A program made the translations under genes and the position numbers. A DNA stretch of 63,191 nt, the filler included, from Rhabdomonas costata (Eukaryota), in the NCBI GenBank assembly GCA_019059605.1. It is 38 parts of 38 records of this genome, joined end to end, with 100 filler letters (N's around TTAATTAATTAA, not from the genome) between each part and the next. Parts side by side here need not be neighbours in the genome. Positions count along the whole stretch, not along the records: positions 1 to 1,565 come from JAHMHO010012899.1; positions 1,666 to 3,232 come from JAHMHO010012900.1; positions 3,333 to 4,899 come from JAHMHO010012901.1; positions 5,000 to 6,565 come from JAHMHO010012902.1; positions 6,666 to 8,232 come from JAHMHO010012903.1; positions 8,333 to 9,900 come from JAHMHO010012904.1; positions 10,001 to 11,567 come from JAHMHO010012905.1; positions 11,668 to 13,233 come from JAHMHO010012906.1; 30 more parts are not named here. One strand, written 5' to 3'. Position 1 is the stretch's first letter. Every line of letters begins with the position of its first letter. The notes under the pieces are model-generated. The model did not search any database, was not told where the DNA came from, and worked only from the letters and a program-made list of their open reading frames with translations. Positions 1 to 12,590 of the stretch are shown here, in pieces.

Positions 1-1776
1 GGGTTTTGTTCTTTGCGGGTGTTTTTGTTCATGTTGCAGTGCATTGGCAAGACCACAGCAGACGCAGCTGCTCAAGTCTCGGGAATTACGATTGCCGCTG
101 TCGCTGCGCGGCCTTCTGCCGCAGCCCTGCTGCAGTGCATCGTGGCCTGTGACAACCCTCCCCCTCCCACTCAACAACCATCAACCGTGGTGGGTACCTC
201 TGATTGAGGGTATCTTCCGTTTCCTGCTCGTTTCTTTATCGCTTCGGTTTGCTCTTGTTGAATCTCGCTGATCAAGAGCTTCGCAATCTTTCCTTCGTCT
301 TGCTCACTACAGCAGTCGACCCCTCGTCACTTGAACTGTCTTCTGGGCTGTGGGGTAGCAGTAGTGAATGCGGATGTGTTTTAACCAGACCCCTCCAAAT
401 TGGCGTGGGAAGCATTTTGGTTTTGGTTTCATCCTCCAGCACTGAGTGTGGAATCCTTCAAGTTCGGGAGTGCCCATTTTCCGACGTCGGAAAAAGCGCC
501 GTGTCAAGCTCGGCTTGTCCGAGGGCGGTTAGCCTTCGAAGGGTGTTGGGTGCTGAATTGTCCTTGTGATTGCCTCAGCTATGGAATATCCCGCTCGCTG
601 TGGCAGGAACAGTGAGTGCAACTGTCTTCTCGCTTTTGAAAGAATGGCTGAGGCAGCGTCCAGCAGCTCCTCTGCTTTGGACCCGCCCGGGGAAGAGCAG
701 CCTTTGGAGAGCCCCGAAGCTCAGGTGTCTGTGGCTTTTTTGCGGCTTTCACGTCATCTCCAAACACAGAGACTCGCTTTTGTATGGGGGTGCATGGAGA
801 TGGTGGTGGTTGGGTTCCAGATCACCGACATAATAAACCATGAAATGGTTCTGTAAATCTCATGCCCTCCAATGAACGTTCGCGGAACACTGCCGCAGAT
901 TGTCTAACCCTTTACTCTAAATAAATATCAGGCTTCTAGCCTAATTGGCATATCCATTTTCAAGTTAAAGAATATCTGATTTTTGGTAAGCTGGCAACCG
1001 TCATTCCCAAGTCGAGGGCTAGTTCAGCGCACTCACGTCGAGGGCCTGGGTGTTCCAGCTTCGGTGCGCAAGGGCAAAGGGTTCTTGACGTTTCGCCAGC
1101 AAATCTGGCTCCTCGAATACATGACAAATTTCAAAATTAAAAGGATTCGAAATTGGCAAATTATTGTGCATCTTCATCCCTCGAGGGGCAATTTTTGGAC
1201 AAAACCTGTGCAGATCGTTCGGACTATCGGCAATGACTTTTTTCCAGGAGGGGAGAGTGATGTTGAAGAGGCAGGCGCAATTTATGCGCAAAAAATGCCT
1301 AATTTGCGTAATTTTGGCTATTTCTGATCATTTTCTGGGCGGTTTTTTTTTTGCCAGAAATGGCCATTTTTTGTTCTCATTGCAGACTGCACAAGCGAGC
1401 GAGAGAAGGCGGAAGCCCTGCAAGGGCAGGTCACAGTACAGGAAAGAATTTCTGTGGGAGGACGGTACGATGTGGTCCATCGAAGAAGATCCGGATTTTT
1501 TTACAGTTTTTTTTTGCAAAGGAGAGGATCCTTTTTAAATTGAGTTTGGTCATATACAAACCACANNNNNNNNNNNNNNNNNNNNNNNNNNNNNNNNNNN
1601 NNNNNNNNNTTAATTAATTAANNNNNNNNNNNNNNNNNNNNNNNNNNNNNNNNNNNNNNNNNNNNTCTACGCTTGGGGGGGAGGGCTGCTCATCAGAAAA
1701 CAGTTGCGATCACGAGCGATGACCACCGCACCACCTTCCAGCCAACATTCAGGTGCATGAAAGCGCGCTGAAACAA

Positions 1777-2856
1777 TCACGCTGCACTGCGAGGCTGCGT
1801 TGCCTGCTTCCGCGAGCAAATGCTCAGGCTCCGCAAACAGGACATCGTTAGGGATGGACAGTTAGGTGGCACAGACGCCAGCAATACAGCTAAAAACATC
1901 AGGGCACAACCCAGACCTTCCCGGAAGGTCAGCGTGTCTCCCAGGATCCAGGCCCCGAAGACGCCTGCGAAGGCCGTCTCCAGGCTCATCACCAGCGCGA
2001 CATGCCCAGCTGGGGCTAGCCTCTGACCCATGGCCTGGAAAAGGAACCCCGCGGCCTCGATGACCCCCGAGGCGACGACCTGTACCCAGACACTTCGGAT
2101 CGTGCCCCACGCGACCTCCTCCACGGCGACGGCCGTGACGACGCACAGCACGGTGTTGCTCACGAACTGCACCAGGGTGATCCGGGTGGGGTCCAGCCCC
2201 AGCTTGTCCTCCCCACAGACGATGTCCAGGGCGACGAACTGCAAGGTCCAGCACATCGCTGCAATGAGGGCGAGGATATCCCCGGGGGCCAGAGCGAGGT
2301 CATCGGTGACGCTGAGCAGGTACAGCCCCACCATGGCTACAAACGAGCCCACCCAGCTGAGCGTCCCAGTTTTCTCGCCCACCAGGTACCCCACCGCCGG
2401 AGTCAGGACGGTAGAAAGGCCGGAGATGAAGCCCACCTTGGAGGCGGAGATGGTCACCAGCGACCACTGTAGGAACGTGGACCCGAGAAACAGAAAGAAC
2501 CCCACCGCACAGCCTCCTAGGATGATCAGCCTGGTGCCGCCCCGGGCAAAGGAGGGGATGTGCATGTACGCCTTCGAAGGCGAGGGCCCGTACGGGTCGT
2601 AGGAGTGAACAGCGGACAGCACGGAGACCCCGACCGGGCCCTTGGGGCTTGACGGGGCCTGGGGGTTGCGAAAAGCGGAGAACTGGGAGAAGAGCAGGAG
2701 GGGAACCAGAGAAGCTGAGCTGAAGACGAACCGCACCGCGTTGAAGGTGAAAGGCCCGATGGAGTTCATGGCCTGCTTGAGGGGAACAAGGACAAGCCCA
2801 AACATTGTGGCCGACAGAAGCAGAAGGCCATCCGCGGCAAGAAGGTGCTCCGCCAT
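1777..2856 (-). CDS. EamA/DMT (drug/metabolite transporter) family protein, apparently intronless
   Basis: Open frame 1777-2880 with first ATG at 2856 (MAEHLL) and about 10 hydrophobic helices. Motifs IGPFTFNAVRF, SASKVGFISGLSTVLTP, GDILALIAAMCW and SLETAFAGVFG fit a two-EamA-repeat DMT. A CAG acceptor lies at 2881-2883. Confidence 0.9.
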   Translation of the reverse strand: MAEHLLAADGLLLLSATMFGLVLVPLKQAMNSIGPFTFNAVRFVFSSASLVPLLLFSQFSAFRNPQAPSSPKGPVGVSVLSAVHSYDPYGPSPSKAYMHIPSFARGGTRLIILGGCAVGFFLFLGSTFLQWSLVTISASKVGFISGLSTVLTPAVGYLVGEKTGTLSWVGSFVAMVGLYLLSVTDDLALAPGDILALIAAMCWTLQFVALDIVCGEDKLGLDPTRITLVQFVSNTVLCVVTAVAVEEVAWGTIRSVWVQVVASGVIEAAGFLFQAMGQRLAPAGHVALVMSLETAFAGVFGAWILGDTLTFREGLGCALMFLAVLLASVPPNCPSLTMSCLRSLSICSRKQATQPRSAA

Positions 2857-3809
2857 CTCACGAGGAGGTGCGGGGTGCACCTGTGCAGGGTATAGGGCAC
2901 GGGAGAAAAGCTACAAAACAGATGGGTGGCCTAGCGTCCCCTCAATCATCATTCCCAAGGGCATCCACCGGGATAGGGTGTCGGGATGGGCCATCAAGCA
3001 TGCATCCATGGAAAGGTGAACAAGAACAAAAAGAGTCTGCTCGTGCAAGCAGCACTCCAAAGCACGAAATAAAAACCTGGAAAGTCTGGCGGACCAAAAT
3101 CTTCAATTCTTTGACCACCCATGGTTTTGTATGCGTTTGTGCGTTTGCGCATTTCTCTGGAAAAGCCGCTCTACACTGGATATAGCTAGTTACACCGAAA
3201 ACCCAGAAAACTACCTCTTTAGCCCAAAACAANNNNNNNNNNNNNNNNNNNNNNNNNNNNNNNNNNNNNNNNNNNNTTAATTAATTAANNNNNNNNNNNN
3301 NNNNNNNNNNNNNNNNNNNNNNNNNNNNNNNNTGTTGGAAAACAAAGTCGGAAGAAAGTGTGTTGGTTTGGGACCGATACTAAAACACTTTAAACATGTA
3401 TGAAGCCATTACTTGCTTCGTCGTGGTTAATGTGTCCTCTTTTCTCCTTTTTTCAACTCAGTTTCAGAAACAAGCTCTTGCTTGCAATTCTTTGTCTTGT
3501 TATTCTTCTGTTGACAGAAAATGCTTTGGCTTGATTTCTCGATAGTGGGGTCGTCCTCATCTGTTGACAGGTTTTCTCTAAAGTAAATCTAGCTTCCGCG
3601 TCATCTCCATTGCACCTTTTCCTCCATTGAGACTGCCAACTTCTCTCTCGGTCCAGATTCTTCAAAGCCTCGGACCGCCACGTGATTAAAGCTTCTGCTG
3701 TGATAACAACTGTTTTTCTGTAGTGCTTCAGGTGCTTCGTGATCTGCCCTTAGATTCCCAATCTCAACAAACCACAAAAAAAGCTGACACAATTTGACAC
3801 TGGTATGCC

Positions 3810-4300
3810 AATACATCCTGAAAAGCCTTTATACAGTGAACGTAGGTGGAAATCGTGCACATGAAAGCAGGCCATGTTCCTATAGAGGAGGCGGGTCAAC
3901 CGACCACTCTCATGATGATGTACTTATGTCTAAGAATGGAACCTCAACCATGTACAAATGAATGATTGGTTCAATCGCAACACACAGGAATAAAAGTGGT
4001 AATCCATGATCAAATTCATTTCCACGCCTTAGAATAATAACTCCGAATGATAATAACTCCAATTGAGATATTTATGAAGCTCTACGGCGATGTGTATCAC
4101 AACTAATCCATATGTGTACGGACGCCTAAAGCCCTCTCACAGATCAACAATTTGTAAAACCAATTCCACACATTTCCAAAAACCAGCGACAAAATTGCAG
4201 CCTTTTGCCACTATCCACTCAAGGCAGACTATGAGTTAGCTGCAACTTGTAGAGCCGCAGCTGCTGACGTAAAACGCTCTGGACACTGGACCCGATGATT
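3810..4300 (+). mobile_element. possible decayed tyrosine recombinase (DIRS-like) remnant
   Basis: Broken frames give LKSLYTVNVGGNRAHE, TIHSR and ADVKRSGHW in the order of the YR R..E, HxxR and GxW motifs. There are many stops and frameshifts. Confidence 0.25.
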
Positions 4301-5948
4301 TCATTCTTAGCGCTCAACCGCCGCACAGACAGCCTTATGGTCCTCCGAATGACCAGCCATACAGCCACCGCTGCTGACGGATCAGTCCGACTGGCCCTCA
4401 CGCGGCGCTGGCCCCATGCACACTCCTTATGCTCTGGAAGACCCTGACCCACCTTGCAAGCGTCTGTCGTGACTGTACTGGCTTTATCTCCCATTGTTTA
4501 CCACCACTAAATATCAGAGATTGTGTCACGTTATCTGTGCCACCACCAGCCCACCGCTTTTACTCTCCACTCCACTATGTTGAATGTGTGCTGTATTTTT
4601 CCGCTGGCTCCTTTATGAGACATTGTCCCTAGCATTCTGTATTTCCATCACAGTTGCAAAAACCTGTTGCTTTGTTCACAGTGCTCGATTTTCTTTTATA
4701 TCCTTTTCTTTTCTTTTATTTGCTTTGAATTAATTTAATTTGCTTTTTTGAAGTGCACTGGATTTAAAAAGCAATAATGTTACCTACTTTTGAGCCCCAC
4801 ATATAGATTTCGAAATGAAGACATAGCTGCTGTTTTCCATTACTGTAAACCACACCTTTTGCTTCTGAGTTAACCTTTTAGTTTCGGTTACAACACACAN
4901 NNNNNNNNNNNNNNNNNNNNNNNNNNNNNNNNNNNNNNNNNNNTTAATTAATTAANNNNNNNNNNNNNNNNNNNNNNNNNNNNNNNNNNNNNNNNNNNNG
5001 CCGGTGCATTTGCCCCCCCCCTTTTTTTCCTCACGCAGGCCTTTGGGGCAAAGTGTGCAAGCGTAAATCTGACTAAAAATGCTCTTTCGCTACTATTTTT
5101 GCACTTTTTTTGTGCTTTTCTTCAAACTTTTTACCACAAGAATAGCGTCACCACGGTTCAGCGAAAGGTCCACGTGCAAACAGCAAACAACACACACGGA
5201 ACAAAAAGAGATGAGAAGCCAGAAGGTGCGGGAATCACGTGCAGAGCTCAGGTTGCAGGAAAAGCTCACTCCTGGGGGTGGTGAGAGGCGGCGAGGAGTG
5301 AATGGGAGGGGGACTGCAGCAAAAACTGGGGTGTGCGCATCCTGCTGGATGAAAGCTTCAAGCTTGTGTGGAAACACGAAGACAATCGCACAATTCATAC
5401 AGAAGGCGTGTAACAGTCACAGCACCAAGGGACTTAACCCACAACCCACATTTACAATGACAGGATCGCGCATTTCGACGTCGGTGTCCACTCTGCAAAC
5501 CCGGACAGCCGTCTGTTATTTATTGCGAAGTAGAGGGTAGCGGCGCTAACATGCCATCATGGAACCCAGGCTTCTTGAATACGAAAGGGGCCTCGGGAAC
5601 CTGCTCCCAAATTGCCGGAGGGAGGTGGTTCTATACTCCTGTTTTCCCAGCATCCGAAAGCTTCATTTCCTTCATCTTTGCTGCAGAACCATTCGATAGT
5701 TGTCTCACGTCACCCGCGTCCTTTGTTGTTGCATCCTTTCCTCTCACCTCTCCTCTTGTCTCTCTTTCTTTCCTTTTTTTCTTTGAGGGCAACACCCCTC
5801 TTGTGCGTACCCAAGCATTGTCCATCCGCATGTCTCCCCTTTCCGTCTGAGGGTCCTCTCTCCCCGTCTTTTATCTGTGCGCACCCACCGCGCATTTCCA
5901 AATCCCGTTTTGTGTGTCGTGTCGCCTTGCTGAGCTAGAAAGGGACCC

Positions 5949-6137
5949 ATGCCGCGGCCCAGAATCCCCCTACCAGCCCTGTCCGGCACGGCGCTGGCAG
6001 AGCTGCGGGTGCGGATGGATGTGATGCGGGGGCAGCCGCGGCTGATGCGGGCCCTGCTGCAGCTTCAGGCCGCGTGGAGGGGGGCTTTTGTGCGCCACCT
6101 CATCCGCTCGGGTCGCCACCCCCTTGTCACCCGAGAG
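5949..6137 (+). CDS. first coding exon of an IQ calmodulin-binding motif protein
   Basis: ATG at 5949 follows a pyrimidine-rich tract and an AG. The GC-rich frame contains LQAAWRGAFVR (IQ motif). GT donor at 6138. Confidence 0.6.
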
Positions 6138-7066
6138 GTCCGTGGGTGCGAAGGATGGGTTGTGCTGAGGAATCGATGGGTGGGGGTGGTCGTGCCTGGT
6201 TCAGATGAGCTTTTGGTTTTGCGCGTTAGAGAGTATACCACGGCCACCTCTTTTCCACTTCTTGCACCTCTTGTCAAAAGCGCGAACGGTGAGCCAGTAC
6301 AACAAGGCTTCTCATAACTGGATTCGTTACGCCATGAAATTAATGAGCTTCTACCTCTTCTTGCAAAGGGGAAGGGAAGGAGCATTGGAAGACGAAATTA
6401 TAGGCAACCCCCTCCCCTGTCAGCAATCAAGCCCCAGCGAGCCTTGAATGCGCGTGTCCATGTGTGGAGCTCCGATTCTTCTTGAGGTTTAAACTCTTCC
6501 TGGCGGCGGACTGCAGTTTTTTTTGAAAAAATAAAAATCAAGACAACGTTTTGCAAAACTGGATTNNNNNNNNNNNNNNNNNNNNNNNNNNNNNNNNNNN
6601 NNNNNNNNNTTAATTAATTAANNNNNNNNNNNNNNNNNNNNNNNNNNNNNNNNNNNNNNNNNNNNTGTTTGTGGTCCATGTACAAACTTAGTTCTGAAAT
6701 CTTCGTCTTCGCTTTTTTACTTGTGATATCGGGGGTATCCCTCTCCTTTGCCCGTTTAACTGTTATTTATTGCAAACCTGCTGTTGAATGCTCAATGCGA
6801 TGAACTGTCTGGAGTTGACGATGGGATGATGGCGGATTCTGTAGCCTCGTTGTGCAAGGCAAGCAATGCGTCCTGTGGAAGAAGGTTTTCACCTCTTCTG
6901 TTGTGCACCGTGCACAAGGCCCCCAGAAATGTGCAAAGCCGCAGTGCAGAGCAAGTGCACTTCCGCAAGCATTCAGGGCCCAACATACTGCCTTGCTGTT
7001 TTTTCTTTCGCGTGGGTCCATCGCGGGGCACACCAAAAGGGGAGTTTGGGGTGTTGTTTTTCCCAG

Positions 7067-7890
7067 GGAGCGGGAAGACGGCGCTGCTGAAGCTGCTAGG
7101 GGGGCAGCTGCAGAAGGACCGGGCCCACTGGCAGGCACAGGGGCTGTACTACAATGGGGTTCCCGCGGACAAGTCCCCCCTGAACAGCGGCCTGTGCTTC
7201 TCGTTCGTGCCCGAGAGTGACCTGCACCACATCCCCACCATGACCGTGCGGGACACCCTGAAGTTCGCGTACCAGTGCAAGGCCCGGTACGGGGGCAAGG
7301 ACAGCTCCCACGTGGCCCACATCTTGGAGGTGTGTGGGTGTGGGTGTGCGTCTTCAATGCTCCATTTAGGGTAGGGACGCTGGATGCAAGAATTTCCGCG
7401 GTGGGCCACCTTGATAATTAACGCCGTGAGGGTGAGCACTGCCTTGTTTCTGGGCGCCACCTGATTTGAGCAGGCGGGCATTGCTTTCGTTTCGCCATTC
7501 ATTCAACTGTGTGGCACTGCAGATTTGTATTGCTTTTATTTTCTTTTTGCAATTAAGCCCTGCGAGCTTCGTGGGCAACTGAAAAAGAAAAGCGATTAAT
7601 TGGTAATGGTCATGCGTTCAGAAAAATGATGGAATATATAAGAATTTATGGAATTTTATGGAATTTTTTCTTGCCTTGTTTTCTAATCTATGCGATAATG
7701 TTTCCATTCTTGGTTTTGGTGTTCTGGTGTGCAGCTTTCATTACTCGAGATTGCCAAACCTCTTGTCCCACAGGCTCTAGGGCTGAGCCACGTGGCGAAG
7801 TCAATTGTCGGTAACGACCTGGTCCGGGGCGTCAGCGGTGGCGAGCGCCGCCGGGTGACGATCGGCGAGATGTGGGTCTCCGATGTCAAG
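7067..7890 (+). CDS. ABCG/PDR-family ABC transporter NBD fragment; exons 7067-7329, 7774-7890
   Basis: Walker A GSGKT, then IPTMTVRDTLKFA, then LGLSHVAKSIVGNDLVRGVSGGERRRVTIGEM. The GT-AG intron 7330-7773 is phase 0 on both sides. Confidence 0.93.
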
Positions 7891-10506
7891 GTCGTACCTG
7901 CACCCAGACGCACCCCTCCTTTTTACCCCTCTCGGGGCTGCCAGTCTGAGAGCGCATTGATATTTGCGCACGCCGGATTCTTGTGCGATCTCTGCACTTG
8001 CCTTTGTGAGTTCTCTGCTAATTTGCAATTCATCATGCCAAGACTGGTTAACAGATGTTTGTAGTGCCGCTCTATTTTAAAATACAATGATATCTTTCTT
8101 TAGCAACTGTTTGGCCACTCGGGTGGTGAGGAGAAAAAGAGTTGGCGAGTCTAGCTCCTGATGGAGGCGTCCCTTTCATGAAGTACCCCTCAATTGCGCC
8201 CTCCCCCCACTTCGGTTTTTCTCCCCACCACANNNNNNNNNNNNNNNNNNNNNNNNNNNNNNNNNNNNNNNNNNNNTTAATTAATTAANNNNNNNNNNNN
8301 NNNNNNNNNNNNNNNNNNNNNNNNNNNNNNNNGGGTGTGGGTGCTGATGGTGCGATTCGTGTTTGACTCTCTTCTTCGACGAGAGGAATCAAGCCACAGT
8401 GGGCCCTTACAAAGCCAAAAAAGCGGCAGAAGCCAAACAAAAAGACGCTTTGGGTTTAGCCCATTTTTTTTTCTGCCGAAACGCCATTTTTGGCTTCAAC
8501 AGCGATGTTCACAGTCACGCTAGAAGCAAAGCGCAGCGATGCAACAGCATTTACAGAAGAAACTAAGTGGGTGAAGAAAGACACAATCATAAAGCAAAAT
8601 CGAGCAAGACCGCTCCACCAAAAACGGGGACAAGGTGCCCCAAAAATGGGGATCCTAATCCTGCAAGGTTCTTTGTTCGCAGCCACTTTGTGTCGCTGCG
8701 AACGTTTGGCACCCCGTCTGAGCGGACATGACGTTACACTGCTACCATAACAATGTATGGCAATGTATTAACGCGGTACCACTCCGGAAGGACGGTGGCA
8801 TTGAAACACAACTAACTCAGAGGCCGGCACAAGTACGCGGGAGCAAGTTTCTCACGACTCGGAATCGAGTCAGAGGAGTAGGAGGAACCCAGAATTGAGA
8901 TGCTGCGCCAGGGACGCCATTCCCACTGTGTGGGTGTATGTTACGTTCCCGAGAACTTTCTGTTGCTCTGTACTAGTGAAGACTGGAGACTGCGCACTGT
9001 ACGTAGAGAATCGTGGGGACAGCCCAGTTATAGGTTGTCAATCCTGCAGTGCAGGGATATACGGCGTGATACCTTTGGCGTCACGGCCTCGAGGACGGTC
9101 GACGCTCGGGAGCAAAGGGTTGCCCTGAAAGATGGGCTTGAAGCTCCCCTCCGCAGAGGGGTCATCCACCACCCTGTTCCGGCCACGGCGGCGGCAGCGG
9201 CATGAGCACGAGGCACATCCGCCCATTTCGGATCAGCCGCAAGAAGAAAAAGCACGGAGGAACAGAGACAAGGCAAAAACCGGGGGTAGGAAGGAAAGGG
9301 GAAAGGTTCAGAAAATTTACAAGGGGGAGAGCGGTATGGCAATTGCACAGAAATGGAACAGAAAGCAACCGGACAGAGCTGAAGGAGAGAGGCATAAACA
9401 GAGTAGGCAACGAGGGATCTTCGCAAGGGGACAAAACCCAGTGCCAGGCTGGCACGTCGATACGCTGCATCTCAATCTTGACTGGTCCCACTCATCCCAA
9501 GCACGACCAGCTGCGCAGCGAGCTAAAAATTGTCTCAGGTTCCGAAAAATGATCGCCGAAAAATGCGGAAGAAGTAGTCAGTCATGGCAACAAACTGAGC
9601 ATCCCAAGTTTTGAAGGACTAACATTCAAGGATGTCGCGTGTTCATGGAAAAGACGCTTTACATCCGAAGCTGAGCATGAGCATGTCTTGCGCAGCAGCC
9701 CGGACATGCTAAAGCTTCAATTGGCGTCTGGATGAGTCCGCTTCCGCATTGCAGTACACAAAACCGAAAGAACTTCAACCCCGCAGCGATGCGAAGAGGC
9801 AAAAGTTCAACGGACACTTCGAAACTCTGCACAGTCATACATCAGTCTAACGCTATTTTGCGCAACGTTATTCACAGGCAAGGTAAAAATAGGAAAAAAC
9901 NNNNNNNNNNNNNNNNNNNNNNNNNNNNNNNNNNNNNNNNNNNNTTAATTAATTAANNNNNNNNNNNNNNNNNNNNNNNNNNNNNNNNNNNNNNNNNNNN
10001 TGTTGGGTGGCAATGGTAATATATATAAGGCATATGTTCAGCAGTGAACCTATTTCTCGCTTCCTAACACCCTGCGAGATCAAATATAAAAAGTTTCACT
10101 GGAAATGTCTATCGCGAATGTGCTCCATCAACGAAAGAAAGGGGTCCTTGCCATCCAAGTTTGCTCTCCACTGGAACTCCTTAATTTAGCCCAAAAATGT
10201 CCGTCCAGAACGCCACCCTTGTCAGTACACACAAGCCCTGACTTTCCCTTGGCCTTCAGCTGGGAGCCTCATTTCGAGCACTTAGAAGGGGGCTCTCGGA
10301 GAACCCCATAACCTCTCATCCACTCTCGTGTTGCAGAGGAGAGTATTGCAGAGGTCCAGGACATCATGCAGTGTCAACATGAGCAATAAAAGGAGCCTTA
10401 ATGAAAAGGTTCACTGCTGAACGTGTGCCATATATAAAAATAGTGATATGTATGTAATATTTATATATATGGCACACGTTCAAGTATATATAATATTTGT
10501 TTTCAG

Positions 10507-11190
10507 TCACGCGGGGGGTGTTAGTGCATGGGCGCTGCGGGACTACTAGATGCCTTGAACGCTGGCGGGAGAAGAACCGCATCGAAACCGTGAAACACGA
10601 CACCGCTGTGGTGCGACCTCCTCCAGAATGCCGCGCGCTGGCTTGTGCCATTGAGGTGCTTTGTTGTGAAGTGCTACTTTGGAATCTGGTGGAAAGGTGA
10701 GCACACCTGGTAACATGGAAATTTGTTTTTGGAAATTGGTTTTCTTGTCGTGCTTTTTGGAGCAACAGCGTGTCAGAAAATGTCTTTTTTATGTGGTGGT
10801 TGCTTTCTCAAGTTTCCACTCGAACGCGCGCGCAAGAATAATACGAGAAAACAGAGAGGGACTTTTTGGCGAAACCTGTAATGTCAGGTGCCAGAAGGTC
10901 ATCCCTCTTAGGTCAGCCCTCTTAGCTTTTGTGTGTTGTACAGTATTACAGCATCTCGCAGGGGTCCAGAAAGGGCTGGATGAAATCTGCGTGTTTTGTT
11001 GCTGACTTGAAAGGGGCATGTAGGTCATCAATGCCTGGTGCCGTCCGCCTTCGTGTGCTTTTGTGTTTCCGCGCAGGGTTGCATGAAGAAGTTTAACTTT
11101 GATCTGGACAAGTGCCAGTACGCCGTCGATGAATTCAAGTCGTGTGTCGAGAAGCATAACAAAAGCGCTCGTGCTGAAACGCAGCCCTAG
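10507..11190 (+). CDS. CMC4: twin CX9C protein, CMC4/p8-MTCP1-like; exons 10507-10655, 11077-11190
   Basis: Spliced product ...PPECRALACAIE|GCMKKFNFDLDKCQYAVDEFKSCVEKHNKSARAETQP* has C-X9-C-X10-C-X9-C spacing plus the internal AC typical of Cmc4. Phase-0 GT-AG intron; TAG at 11188-11190. The start codon is unresolved. Confidence 0.75.
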
Positions 11191-12590
11191 CGTGCTTCGA
11201 CCCCAACAGCAGAGGTCTTCCGCTCCCCGGGCGACGACATGGCACAGCAGAACTTGAGGCTCAGCACCTCGTTGCCAGCGGTTTGCTGTGCTACGTCCTT
11301 TGGCCGCAGGTTTTGCTGCGGCCCAACGCAGTTCGAACTATGTGGACACAGTCCGCGAGAGCTCCTGTTGTTTGCTTCTTTCGGCCATAAGCAAGGCACT
11401 GGCCAGAACAGCCTCAGAAGATGGCGGATCACCATGGAACGGTTTCCCTGGGCATGACAAGGCTTCTTGAGGGGCTGAGGGTGGGAGGACGGGGCTGGCA
11501 ATAGTTCTTCGACGTTCCGGTCCCTGAGCACACACCAGGAAATGCGCATCCACTCCCCCCCACCCCCNNNNNNNNNNNNNNNNNNNNNNNNNNNNNNNNN
11601 NNNNNNNNNNNTTAATTAATTAANNNNNNNNNNNNNNNNNNNNNNNNNNNNNNNNNNNNNNNNNNNNTTTTTGTTGGGAGCTCACTGTCGGCCAGTTTGG
11701 GGGTTCCTCCGGCCGCGGGCCGGTTTGCAGCCGGCCCTGTGCCCCTCGCTCTCCCCACAGGGGACCCTGTGAGGGGCAGCTTGGCTGCCTTTCCGCCGCA
11801 GGAGAGCGGTACTGCCCACATCCCTGCCACTCCTGTGTATCTCCCTCCGTGAGAAGGGGACCGGCGGCTGGCGTCCCCTCTCTTTGCTGCGGTCTTGCTG
11901 CCTGCTTTTGTTTACCTTCCCGGGGGTGTTGCACATGTGCTGTTTTCTTACTCGTCTTTTTTCTTTTTTTGGGCCATTGTAATGTGCTCTGCACTTTGTG
12001 GCGGGTGATGCACCCCTAGGTTGGTGGTCACTCGGCTGCAGGTTTGTGCTCGGTGATCCGTACAGTTATTTTATACTTTGACCATCGGGTGGAAGGCCGA
12101 AGAGGGACACCCCAGCACCATTTGGGCATCGTTCTCGACGGAACCAAAAGAAATCAGACCGAATCGTGGGCCTTTGGAAGATACTCGAAGACAAGAAATC
12201 AGCTGCTGAAAGGAGCCGTCCTGGCTTTAATTCAACCCAGGGTTATACCCGGGCATGAATTTGGGATCTTGTGTGTGCCTTCTGCTCATGTGCGTGCCTG
12301 CTTTCTGGCCTCCCTCCAGACCTGCCCGGTGGTCCAATTCCGTTCCTGTTGATTTCCTTCTTCACAGTCATTTCAAGATGAGAACGGGCGTACAGTCTTA
12401 CGTTCACCCACATATGTTCGCGATAAAGTGTTTACATCTTTGATGACAGAATGGGCAGCTGGCGCTGGTGTATTTATGGCCCCCCCTATCAAGTGCATTT
12501 ATGCCGGGCAGCTTAAGGTTTTGGGCATGGGCTTTGCGGCATCGATGTTTGGACAACAGTGGTTTTTTGTGCTGTCCTCTTCTTGTTTGT

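Noticed and set aside
1820..3019. Plus-strand ORFs of 190 and 125 aa overlapping the DMT gene
   Set aside because: These are antisense shadows of a GC3-rich CDS. The same applies to most short ORFs in the track.
11187..11549. Minus-strand ORF with CPHSSNCVG, resembling a DHHC motif
   Set aside because: No DHHC and no TM context; probably 3' flank of CMC4.
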